Made by a program: the position numbers and the translations under genes. A DNA stretch of 64,000 bases from Tubulanus polymorphus (taxonomy: Eukaryota > Animalia > Nemertea), in the NCBI RefSeq assembly GCF_964204645.1, contig NC_134036.1, positions 11,201,859 to 11,265,858 of the forward strand, given 5' to 3'. Positions 35,257 to 47,335 of this stretch are shown here, in pieces (within the stretch, counting starts at the first letter, position 1; each line of letters opens with the position of its first letter). The notes under the pieces are model-generated. The model was given only the letters and a program-made list of their open reading frames with translations. It was not told the DNA's origin and ran no database searches.

Positions 35257-35606
35257 TTTAATACTATATTTTTTATTAAAAGTGATTTTAGAAGTTCAAT
35301 GATTTAAATGTTATTCATATATATATGAATATTTTAAGAGTAATAGGGATAATGGGCTTTCAAGCTAAAGGTTGAACGGGCGGGTGAGTAAAAAAATGAA
35401 AAACATAAAAATAATAACAATTTCTACTTGAATTAGGAGTGAAACTCATAAAATGAAAAATAAATTCGAGCGTGTGAGAATTTATTTTTCATTTTTATGA
35501 GTTTCGCGAGTAATTCAAGTAGAAATTGTTATTATTTTTATGTTTTTCATTTTTTACGAGCTCGACCGTTCGACCTTTGGCTTGAAAGCCCATTATCCCT
35601 ATTACT
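35143..35606 (-). repeat. Right TIR (464 bp) with terminal hairpin 35339-35606
   Basis: Inverted copy of the left end, containing the polB start; AGTAATAGGGATAATGGGC...GCCCATTATCCCTATTACT palindrome. Confidence 0.95.
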
Positions 35607-36020
35607 AATATTTACAAGTCTCAACCCTCCCGAGTATATTGATTCTCAACTCAGTGAAATATTGACAGTTCTAATGACACCGAGTTCCCTGGCTGTCAAA
35701 TCAGTGAAATATTTACAACAGTCTCAACTCTCCCGAGTATATTGATTCTCAACTGAGTGAAATATTGACAGTTCAAATGCTACCAAGTTCCCTGACTGTC
35801 AACTCCGTGAAATATTGACAGTTCTAATGACACCGAGTTCCCTGGCTGTCAAATCAGTGAAATATTTACAACAGTCTCAACTCTCCCGAGTATATTGATT
35901 CTCAACTGAGTGAAATATTGACAGTTCAAATGCTACCAAGTTCCCTGACTGTCAACTCCGTGAAATATTTACAGTCCAAATGTGCTCAAGTTCTTTAATT
36001 CTCAATGAAATATTTACAGC
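35607..36020. repeat. ~60-bp satellite array, right part
   Basis: Same units as 16810-17669, resuming in register after the TSD. Confidence 0.9.
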
Positions 36021-36074
36021 AGTCCTTATGATACTCAATAAGGCGGAGTTTACGAATATTTTGATGGATATTAC

Positions 36075-36487
36075 TGACAGTAGAGTGAGCGGGATGGATT
36101 TTTATCCTGTCATAATTCTACAGTTACCATAGAATTGCCCATTTCCCATCCACTGCTCTACTGACAGACAATACCACTTACAGACAAGACAGACAGTTTA
36201 CATATATATACACATATTACATGATGGATATAAATGACAGTAGAGTGAGCGGGAGGGATTTTTATCCTGTCATAATTCTACAGTTACCATAGAATTGCCC
36301 ATTTCCCATCCACTGCTCTACTGACAGACAATACCACTTACAGATAAGACAGACAGTTTACATATATATACACATATTACGTGATGGATATAACTGACTG
36401 TAGAGTGAGCGGGAGGGATTTTTATCCTGTCATAATTCTACAGTTACCATAGAATTGCCCATTTCCCATCCACTGCTCTACTGTCAA
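36075..36487. repeat. Tandem array of ~161-bp units (about 2.6 copies), each with an internal inverted repeat
   Basis: GACAGTAGAGTGAGCGGGA...TCCCATCCACTGCTCTACTG at ~36076, ~36236 and ~36396. Confidence 0.85.
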
Positions 36488-38212
36488 ATTATATGATTGA
36501 CGCAAGATATTTTTCTTTTTTCAGCGGTCTAAATGGATTCATCTTTAAGACATACTTGACAGCGTCTTGTTTCATTAGAAGGGGATTTACGGAAAAAGCC
36601 ACCACAACTACACTTTCGCACTGTAACTGGCAAGGACACAATGTTTCTACTGGAATACAGACCTTGATTGACAAACATGAGTTTAGTGCGTAGAACCTGA
36701 TTGCGCACAGTGCTATAGGTTCGACAATCTTCATTCATGATTGCATGTTCGCTCTCAAGGCCTTGTTCACCAAAGAGCCCGAGTGATTGCCAGGTCTTAA
36801 CAAACTCCGGAACATGATATACGAGGATATGCATTTTTGGAGTTATTGTTGACTCAGTAAACATTGTCGGAAACCAGAGATAAATCTTGAGATAAAAAGC
36901 GGCATGCTGTGTACAGTGCATATATTTCGCTAAATTTTGTGAAAAGCGTAAGTAATTTGGCTTTTTCTTGTGGAAATTGATTCAAAACACTCAATAACTT
37001 CGAGGGATTGTTACTGTGGTCATCAATTTTCAATAGCTTGTGAATATGGTTACCGATGAAACTATTAGAATGATATGCCTGTCGATCAATACCAATTTCA
37101 TGTAACTTGTTGTCGAGTGCTTTTTGTAGAGGATCCATATTTGATTGAATTTCTGAATGAATTGACTTCAAAGATGATCGAGCAGGCAATAAACGAATTT
37201 TAATGGCTTCGATATCAAATTTTAAATCATCCTGAACTTTGGTTTGAGATTTCATAACCATAGTCGGTGAAATTCGTTTGCCAGTAGTACATTGATGGCA
37301 GTGAAACGCATGACTACTGCCCTGATGAATAAGAATACATTGTTCATGATGTGGCGCATCACACTTCGTGCAGTACACATATTGACTCGCTTTTGGATCA
37401 TCTATGACTCTGATCAAACATATAGCGGCTGAACAGTTTAAGGGACTAGAACCTTTTTTCATTGCAGTAGATAGCATTTTTGTGAGTTTTACCGAAGAAG
37501 TTAATTTCGAATTAAGATCAGCTAGCTGGTCTTCAAGTTGAGACACTTTTTCTGAGATGTTTGCCCATTGTTCATACAAGAGTGGGTCTCTCTCATTTAA
37601 GGTTGTTTTGTCTAGTTCTTGGCAACGCTGTTCAACTAATTGAAAAATCTGTAATCCAATTCCTAGGGAAATATGAAGGGGTGGGGGTACTAAATGAGCA
37701 ATGTCCAATGGTCGGAAAAGCATGGGTCGATTTATGCTGTGACTCCGTGGTCCAGCTGATCCATTGGAATTCATCACGTTTAGGTCATGTAGGTATGTGT
37801 TTATGTCACGGAGTGGATAAATGACATTTTTTGGACTATGAGGCAGTCCTTTCTTGTTACGCAGGTCATCGAGTGTTATGTAACACCAGAGACATGGGAA
37901 TGAGGCTGAACAGCCTTGATGCCCCATCATGCTACATAAGTAGTGGATGTCTCCGATGAAAAAGATGCGTACAGGGTGTTGCTTAAATTCTATGGATACA
38001 TAGGAGATAGTATCAAATTCATCACGGAATTTTCCGAAGACTATCTCAAGATTTTCAGGGCTGTCTATTGCCTCAAAATAACCTAACAAATCGGTTGAAT
38101 CTGGGCTATTTGGAGAATGACCATTAATGATGGAAAATAACATCTTTGTACTTTTTCCACCTTTGTCTACGCCGATTTTCACCCAGATTTCATTCTTGAA
38201 TTTATCATTATC

Positions 38213-41200
38213 CAGGGATGATAATTTTCCGCCGATCGGCGGATTTCCGCCTTTTCAATCAATTTTTATCATTTCTCAGATCAATGCATATCCGTTGAAA
38301 AAATGGGGTGGGGGTTAGGACGATGACTGTGGTTTTCCAGCATTGTAAGGATAGATTGGCATGACCATAAAATCGTTTCCCGATCTATTTTTAAATGCGA
38401 TCATTTAGCGGCATTTGTATACTAACAAAGTTTTCTCTGTCGGTTGGCGAGCGCGTGTCTGGATATATGTATATACATGTATCTACATTATTGATTTTTC
38501 ACCGAGCGGTGGTCGTTTTTAATAGTACATGCTTGTGTTTTAAACACGTGTGCGTAGTGTGAAATTGCGATATAGAATCATGTGGAAAATTGTTGAGAGA
38601 GATGGGACGATTGACCCCAGGACAATCGACCAAAAAGAATTTAAAAAAACCTATGGAAGTGGGATTGGCTGGAGAAAATGGTTGATGGGATTCCTCTCGC
38701 TGACTTCGTGAGGAAGATAGACATACCGGGGAAAGCTTATTGTCTCTGGTGCCAAACAGAAATAAAATACGGAAGTAAGGGTCGAATTGCGCTTGAAAAC
38801 CACGCTAAAACTCAGAAACACGTTGACATCGTCAAAGAACGGAGATCTAATTACGTACTTCCAGGTAAGTAGGCCTACGTTCACATGCCACACAGGTTAA
38901 TATTTGTAAATAAAATTAGACGATTTTCAAGTTTTTCTTAAATTGTAAAATCAAACCGAATAAAGAACTAGAATTTGCATTCACTTTCAGGTAGTTCGGG
39001 AGCCGATGTTGGTCGATCTTACGGGATCTGCCCAATATTCCAAAATCCAAATAATGAACAACAGGCCGTTACGACGACCGCTAAACCTAAAGTCCCAACA
39101 TCGGACCGGGTCGTAAGCCAGGAGGCTTTAGTTCTTTCATATATTGCTGAAAACTCATTGCCGTTTTCTCAGTCTCCAAAATTGATTGAGTTGGCAAAAG
39201 CACTTGCCATGGATCGGGCAGCATTAAGCAAATTGTCTATGGGTCGTTTAGCGGCTTCATATAAGATGCGACTGGGTCTGGCGCAAACCACCGAAGAACA
39301 GTTAGCGGATGAACTCAGAAATACGTTCTATTCACTAAACATCGATGAGGCTACAAGCCAATCCACAAAAAAAGTTCTGTCGATCCTTGTCAGTTACTTT
39401 AGTGAGAAGGAGAGACAAGTTGTTGTCAGACATTTGGCCTCATGTAATCTTATTTCTACCACTAGCGCATCTGTTTATAGTGCTTTGGTTGAGGTTTTCC
39501 AGCAGCGTGATTTAGATTATAACCGATTAATGTCTGTCCTCCTCGACAGCTGTAACGTCATGAGAGGTAGTAAAACTGGCTTGGAGAAGTTAATAAAGGA
39601 TAATTTGGCCCAGCATTTGCTTGACATCGACGGTGATTCGATACATCACACTCACAACGCCGCGAAACATTTCACAAAAGAATTTGATGGATTCATAGAG
39701 AAATTGATAACCGATATTGCAAGTGATTTGCATTTTTCTAAGGACGTAGAAAACTGGCTCCAAATTATCCTTGATCTCTTAGGCATTGGGTTTTCGATGC
39801 CCGAGCGGTACGTCGGAACCCGATGGCTATCGGTCCATGATGCGGCGTCAGACCTTATTCGCAAAATCGATGGATATACTCTGCTGTACTATGGATTTAT
39901 ACAGAAAGACAAAATCGTGTATTTGGCTCTATGTGTTGACATATATCGCAAATTTAACTTGTCTGAACCCACGAAAGATGAGATCAAAAAAATCTATGTT
40001 GCTGCTGCCGCCAAATGGAAAAATCTGACAGCGGAAGGAAAAGAAAGAAAGCTACGAATTATCGATAAACTCATCATTCAGCGTAAAAAGCTTAAGCTTT
40101 ATGTGCATTTTTACACGGCGGTATTGCCAGTTCTAAAAAGATATGTACTCTTATTCCAAACTGTTGAAGAGCCATGTGTCCACAAGCTCAATGATGAGCA
40201 ATGTCAATTATTCAGGGATTTCATTTCCCTTTGTGTTAAACCATCTGCAATTCCTGAATCGGATCGAAAGTTGTCTTCTCTGATAATCTCAGAAAACCTC
40301 CTGCCAACCACTGAGATGTTCATAGGCGAATCTGCATCCCAAATAATTGCGGGGGAAAATAAATCATCCCAGTTTGTCAAAGACTTTCATGATCGTGTCG
40401 AGAGGGCCTATCTCAATACCGCCCAGTACCTCGCTAAAAAAATGCCTATCGACAATAAACTTCTCCGGTATATCTCGGCAATAGACCCAAAATGCCAGCG
40501 ACATGAAACGGCACTGAAATATATGAAAAAACTCCCACAATTAGTCGTCAATGTTCTGGCTAATGAAACGGAGATCAACTGTTATAAATTAGAAGTGCAT
40601 AAATTCCACTCGGATTCCAGTCTGCCAGCAGCAGTTGATAAAGATGGAAAGCAAGTTAGAATCGATTCCTGGTGGGCTGCTGTACATGATTTGGGCAAAT
40701 ATCCATACCTCTGTCGCATGGTATTTGCTTTACTTAGCTGTTTCAGTTGCCCAGTTGTCGAGAGCTCGTTTAGCATTATGGGCGAAATTCTGAACAGCAC
40801 AACCAATAGACTTCATGTCAAATCTTTCAGCGCAATCCAGAGTGTGAAATACGGATTAGGCAAAACGTCAGCTGTAGACTTTTTCAAAAGAGAAGATATT
40901 CTTCATGACCCTGTGTGTCCAAATCTCGTTAAAAATATGAACACTGCAGCTAAACGATACAAGGATGAATTGCAGGGTGAAAAAGATAAGAAAGCGGCTC
41001 GTATGGAGGAACTTCAGGCTAAAGAGGTTAAGAAAGTTTCAAAACGCAAAGCCCGCGAACAGTGCATCTCAGCTGCAAAGAAAGCCCGAGAGGCACATGT
41101 ATCTGCTATGCGTGCAAAACAACGACAAGCTAAAAGACATAAGCAGATGGAACTTGTAAGACTATTAAAAAAGAAGTAATCTCTGGCTTGTCCACTATTG

Positions 41201-41787
41201 GAAAAACATTTATGTGTTTTGTTAAATAAAATGATGCCGACTGACTGTACTGACTATGTACATGTAGTATGTTTAGATTGGTAATGATGTGTACATGTGT
41301 TTTATAGAATATTTTTCCAAACCTTACTTCGTTAGAAAATTCATAAGATAACCCACTGTTCTATTTAAGTTTTTTTTATGGAAATCTAGCTTGTTGTGAT
41401 ATCAGTTTATTAAAAATTAGTGCTTTAATGATGCATGCTGGAAAATAAAGTCTAATTCAATTATCTATTGCGTGGGCAAGTGATCGTCGCTTTCAAGAAG
41501 ATTGATCAATGTGGGATTCGAACCTACTAGTTACATTATAGTTGTCTCTGCATCAATTATGTCCCTGCCGTCTTGGAACTAGCAGTGTGTTGTGTAAAAC
41601 ATGGACGATGTTGTTTGATTTTTTGGCTTTGCTGAGTGAAATTTCAATCGGAAAACTGCTGAAAAACGATCTGAGATGATGTGAAAATCAAAAATTTTCT
41701 GGGGGAGGGCCCCCAGACCGCCCGTAATTACTTCGCGCCTACGGCGCTCGTTTCCGCCTTTTCAATAATGGTCTGTTATCATCCCTG
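38213..41787 (+). mobile_element. hAT transposon with 5-bp TSD (hAT5-like), 3575 bp
   Basis: TIR CAGGGATGATAA / TTATCATCCCTG; TSD TTATC at 38208-38212 and 41788-41792; subterminal TTTCCGCC motifs. Confidence 0.92.
38580..41179 (+). CDS. hAT transposase, two exons (38580-38864, 38991-41179), apparent frameshift in an A7 run near 38645
   Basis: BED-like finger CLWC..HAKTQKH; GT-AG phase-1 intron; SLNIDEAT, LLDSCNVM, TRWL, WW, VESSFS. Confidence 0.88.
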
Positions 41788-42992
41788 TTATCATGCAGCC
41801 GATTGTTTTCAGACAAGTGAATACAAGCTCTTTCAATTTGCTTCTTTGGTTCATTCAGAACAACAAAGGGTGCTAATTTCTTCTCATGCGTTCGGCTATT
41901 TACCTCTAAAATAGTTTCTCCTGCTTCAATATAGGGCACAAGTTCCTTACTGCGGTTATTCAGTTCTTGACGGATATGGGCAACAGGCGCGAGAATAGGG
42001 AACCCCATGGAATCAAGAATACTTTTCATCCGTAAAAGTCGTTTTGTTGGAAGACGGAGATGTAGTTTTAAATCGACACATTGACTAGGGGTTTATATCT
42101 TAGACATGAAATTCGACTTAAGCAGGGCTGCTTTTGCTAAATCAGGATATTGCAATAAAAACTGACAAACAGATGAGGAACTATCATTTATACAAGGACC
42201 TTCTTTTGAAGAAATAAAGTCTACGATATATTTCATTTTAGATGCCCGCTCTTCGAGAGTCCGAAGACTAGCAACCGATGAATTGACAACAGGATATTCT
42301 AATCTAGTGTATGTAGTCAACCTTGCAGGCACTGTCGCACATGATACGGCTGTAAAAGTAGATTTCGTTGACCCATCGACTACTCTAAGTAGATTTGAAT
42401 TTTTACAATATGAAACCTTTTCATTTGCCTTTTCTAGATTTGATGTTAACAACTCATTTTCTGTAACCTTTTGTTCTATGATTTTATCTCTCTCTTTTAA
42501 CAACTCTTGACATTTAATAAATTCTTGTTCCATATGTGAAAACTTCACTTTTAGTTCTTCAATCAAAATGTCTTTTTCCTGAATAATTTTGTGAAGGATT
42601 TCTACTTTAGTATCTGTAGACGTGGGTGACTCCAAGGAAATAGGTGCAAGACTCTCAAGTGATGCAACTGGAATTGTATTAGTAGTATCCTCGTTTAAAA
42701 TATCAGTTTCAGGTTCGACCGATGTTTTTCCTAACAATGAAAAGTGCTACATATGAAGAAAAGCAATTAGAAATAACATGAATCACATACATTCCTTCTT
42801 ATCTCATTTAAATCAATGATTGTTATATATCAAAAATACTTGATGTTTACAGATTGGCACTTTAGTTGTGGCAGAATGGACAGAACTTGTGTTGTTTTCA
42901 ATGAAATTAAAATTAACGTCTGTGTAGTATACAGAACTAACTTACCAATTTAGGCCTGTACCTTCATTTTGCCATATTTGATTAATAATGTA

Positions 42993-43137
42993 CAGTCAAA
43001 CTCGTTGTCATCGGATATAAGTCGTCACCTTACTAATGTCGTCACTATTTTTTTTGTCAATATTTGTATTTTTAATTCTAGTACGTGCATAGTCATTGAC
43101 AATTTAGTGATAGTCCCAGCTTAAGCGAATTTGACTG
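42993..43137. mobile_element. Tc1/mariner-type MITE
   Basis: TA-CAGTCAAACTCG...CGAATTTGACTG-TA. Confidence 0.7.
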
Positions 43138-43639
43138 TATAACGACGATGAAGTAAGAATTCGTAAATAAAATAACAACTGACAGCATCATATTCGAAGA
43201 GCTGTTCCATCAGAAAATTAACAATTCAAAACAATAACTGTAACAGAACATTATGTTTATTTTCAACAGACTTAACAATATAAATTGATAAGAGACTTAC
43301 GTGCAGATAACATTTTAGCCACTTTAACTTTGCACTTTGCTGACTTAGATCGAGAACCGAAATACAATTTCCTTTTTCCTGATTTTCCCTTGGAGCCTAT
43401 AGTTGGTGTGCTAGCCATCTACACAATGAAAACATGACAATGATTAGAAAGCAGTTGCATAAGTGATTCTTGATACATGTATCGCACTAAATAATTGCCG
43501 AAGCTACTTACTTTTGGTTGTCTGATAGATATAGATATCTGAAGATCTTAAGGAGACATCTACATGACAAAAACTGGTCCTGAAAAGATATAAAAAACTG
43601 GTTTTCGGTGCATTGCAGGCAAATTTTTTAGGGGGGAGG

Positions 43640-44925
43640 AGCAATGTTTATCTTACCGCGACCACCACAGGTGCCAAATAAACTACGGGATCCACGAGCA
43701 GCGACCAAATCAGCTACAACACGACCCTAAAATATGAAGATATTGTCTCATTATACTGGCCGGTCTAATACTTATCAGGCATGGATCCACATATTTAGGG
43801 GGGGAGCAATGTGTAACTTACCGCGAGCACCACAGGTGCAAAATAAACTGCGGGATCCACGAGCAGCGACTAATCAGCTACAACACGACCCTAAAATATA
43901 AAGATATTGTCTCATTATACTGGCCGGTCTAATACTTTCAGGCATGGATCCACATATTTAGGGGGGGAGCAATGTGTAACTTACCGCGAGCACCACAGGT
44001 GCAAATTAAACGGCGGGATCCACGAGCAGCGACTAATCAGCTACAACACGACCCTAAAATATGAAGATATTGTCTCATTATACTGGCCGGTCTAATACTT
44101 TCAGGCATGGATCCACATATTTAGGGGGAGCAATGTGTAACTTACCGCGAGCACCACAGGTGCAAATTAAACGGCGGGATCCGCGGAGCTAACAGCAAAG
44201 CCTATGAATTGACTCTAAAAAGAAAAGACTGTCATGTTATAAGGGTAAAAATGAGAAATAATCGACTGAATACGAAAAGGATCCAAGAGATCAGCGACTG
44301 AACAGGCGAAGTGACCCTAAAAAACAAATAACAGTCTTGTTAGAGGTGTTTTTATTCCTATAATATCAGGCATGTAAGCGCTTAATCCACATATTAAGGG
44401 TGGGGGCAATGTGTAAACTTACCGCGAGCACCACAGTGCTACATAAACAGCGGGACCCTCAGGAAAAGCAACTGAACAGACGATTTGACCCTAAAAAAAA
44501 GATCTTATTAGAGGTGTTTTTGTTTATAATATACGGAGAGGAGCACTGTAAAACTTACAGCGAGCACCACAGGTGCGAGAAAAATGGCTGGATCCACGGA
44601 CAGAGACCAATCGACTATGACACGACCCTAAAATATGAAGATATTGTCTCATTATACTGGCCGGTCTAATACTTTCAGGCATGGATCCACATATTTAGGG
44701 GGGAGCAATGTGTAACTTACCGCGAGCACCGCAGGTGCAAATTAAACGGCGGGATCCACGAGCAGCGACTAATCAGATACAACACGACCCTAAAATATGA
44801 AGATATTGTCTCATTATACTGGCCGGTCTAATACTTTCAGGCAGGGACGGAGCCATTAGATTGGGGGGGGGGGGGGGAGTGGCAATGTGTAACTTAGGCT
44901 ACGCGAGCACCACAGGTGCAAAACA
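43640..44925. repeat. ~168-bp satellite array with a divergent middle segment
   Basis: Repeated CTTACCGCGAGCACCACAGGTGC...GACCCTAAAATATGAAGATATTGTCTCATTATACTGGCCGG. Confidence 0.9.
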
Positions 44926-46049
44926 ACAATTTACAGTTGAATTGAATTACCAATTGAACCTGCCCCTTGAAAAAAAGAACTGAGTGCCTTTAAAACTAGG
45001 CTCCATGGTCTGGGTCTAGGCCTATACGGCTCAGGCAACCTAGCCTTAGTACTAGGCCTGCGTGCTTGATAACCACATCTAGGCCTAATTCACTTCCCAA
45101 AGACAAGTTCAATGAATATAGGCCTATTCGTTGACTTAAAATCAGTATTTTAAGCGTTCATATTTTTTAGGTTAGGCTCAAGTATTTTGTGAGTAGCCAC
45201 TAACTGTTATATATTAGGCCTTCATCACACCATCGTACGACGGTCAGCGCCACGGATGACACGATTTCAATTGTATACTCTTGAGGTGAATAGATGAATT
45301 ATACATCAAAATTTAAAGCAGAAAAAATGCTAGTTATGTATGTTTTCATATTTAACATAAAATTTGTCGTATTTGAGTAGCTAGTGTGTGAAATCTAACA
45401 CAATTCAAACAAAATCCAAATCAGCGATAAATGTCGTGGGTGTTACCAACAACGAAGATCGATGATTACTCATTTCAATCCCGAAGGAATATAGGTATAT
45501 GACACATCGTTTCAATCGTTATCGAGTGCTTCATCAGCCAACTATGTTTTCATTTAATGATAGCTTGTGATCTACCTTGGATTCCTTCGAAGAATGTTGC
45601 AACATAGCTAAACGCTAAAAGAAGTTTATTTTCGTTCTATTTAGGTTTCGGTTCGAATCCCATTTATTCTGTACCTAAAAACGTGACATTAGTCCGGGTT
45701 CCGTGCCGTATTCAGTCAGCATGCAGCAAGTCGCGCTGTGCAGGTGCGCGGTTATTTTTAGCGCAACAATTGAATGAACCAATAGGCGCGCACTACGTCA
45801 TATTGTTCGACTTGGTCGCATTTGCCTTTAGACGTACCTTCGTGACTTTTTAAACATTTTCGAAGTTTTCGTGGGAAATTTTGAAGACGCTTTGATCAAT
45901 TACCTCGATCTTTCGTTTATATTTGAATCTACCAAAGGCCCATCAGCATAAGAAAATTGGGTCGATCTGACTCAAGATGGCCGTCCTATGACCTTTTTAG
46001 TGCCCAAAAATGTCAATTTTGGCCAGAATTCTTGGTCCTGTAGCGTCCT

Positions 46050-47028
46050 ACTTGTTTGCCAATTCACATTGCAATTGCTGATGGGTATTCTTTAGAGAGG
46101 GATGTTTTATAGCTGGGACAGGTATTTTGATCAGCCAATTATGACGCAATTGGCGGCCATCTTGGTGTCATCAGTACACATTCGTAGGTGGGAAAAAGTT
46201 TTTCCACATTAAATTGATACCTAAGCATATTGTGTTACTATATTCAATTGGAAAGTTGTAGCCCATAACGTGCTCTATGATTTTGGTGAGTTTCAAGGTC
46301 ATTGGTTTTTGTATGTGGTTATCAGGGGGCGTTGAATAATACAATAACTTAGTATCGCTATATTATATTTGTACCAAGGCATATTTTGTTACCATGATCA
46401 ATTGCAAACTTGTAGTTCATGACATCTTCTATGATTGTGGTGAGTTTTTAAGGACATTAGTTATTCCATATAGATACCAGGGTGCGTTGAATAGTAGAAA
46501 AGCTTAGTTTGTCCTTATTAGATTGGTACCTAGGCATAGTTTGTTACCATTATCCATTGCAAAGTTGTAGTTCATGACATCGTCTATGATTGTGGTGAGC
46601 TTTTAAGGACATTAGTTATTCCATATAGTCACCAGGGGGCGCTGAATAGTGGAATGGCTTAGTATTTCCTTATTAGATTGGTACCTAGGCATATTTTGTT
46701 ACTATGATCAATTGCAAAGTTGTATTTCATGACATGTACTACGATTGTGGTGAGTTTTAAGGTCATTGGGTTTTGCATATGGTCACCAGGGGGCGTTGAA
46801 TAGTAGAATAACTTAGTATTTCCATATTAAATTGGTAACGAGGCATATTTTGTTATCACAATCAATTACAAAATCAAAGCTGCTCACATGTTCTATGATT
46901 GTGGTGGGTTTCAAGGTCATTGGTTTTTGTATATGGTCACTAGAGGGCGTTATGTATTGAAATCGTTAGATTGTTGAGCATTTGAAACCACTTCCCAAGT
47001 GAGCATGGTGTCCCTGGACCCCTAGTTT
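46050..47028 (+). mobile_element. Helentron/HINE-like element with internal ~150-bp tandem repeats; 5' boundary uncertain
   Basis: About five units (CAAAGTTGTAG..ATGATTGTGGTGAG..CAGGGGGCGTTGAATA); 3' end nearly identical to 5048-5108. Confidence 0.7.
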
Positions 47029-47335
47029 GGTTTTGTCGCCCGCGACAATTCATTATTTTGGTTTTGTCGCACGCAACAATTCAATATTTTGTTTTTTCCG
47101 TCCGCGACAATTCATTATTTTGGTTTTATCGCCCACGACAATTCAATATTTTGGTTTTAACGCCCGCGACAATTCATTATTATGGTTTTATCTCCCGCGA
47201 AAATTCATTATTTTGGTTTTATCGCCCGCGACAATTCATTATTTTTGTTTTGTCGCCCGTGACAATTCAATATTTTGGTTTTGTCACCCGCGACAATTCA
47301 TAATTTTGGTTTTGTCGCCCGTGGTTTTGTCGGAA
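47029..47335. repeat. ~32-bp minisatellite
   Basis: TTTTGGTTTTGTCGCCCGCGACAATTCATTAT, about 9 copies. Confidence 0.9.

Larger units (their letters stand above)
17670..35606. mobile_element. Full-length Polinton/Maverick-like endogenous virus, 17,937 bp
   Basis: AGTAATAGGG...CCCTATTACT termini; 6-bp TSD AATATT (17664-17669 and 35607-35612); long TIRs; pPolB, integrase, ATPase and capsid genes; intronless and much more AT-rich than the flanks. Confidence 0.97.
16739..36055. mobile_element. Non-autonomous TIR element carrying a ~60-bp satellite, interrupted by the Polinton and a MITE
   Basis: Imperfect TIRs CAGTAGATTCCTCCTTATT / AATAAGGCGGAGTTTACGA; the same satellite lies on both sides of the Polinton. 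Confidence 0.55.
36529..42737 (-). pseudogene. RAG1/Transib/Chapaev-like DDE transposase, split by a hAT insertion and frameshifted
   Basis: IWVKIGVDKGG, FIGD..GHQG..SFPCLWC, PPPLHISLG, QAYHSNSFIGNH, ITPKMHIL..H..GLFGEQGLESEH; the frame is restored across 38213-41787. Confidence 0.75.

Noticed and set aside
41505-41530. tRNA B-box-like GGATTCGAACC (also ~62046)
   Set aside because: No cloverleaf could be built; at most SINE remnants.
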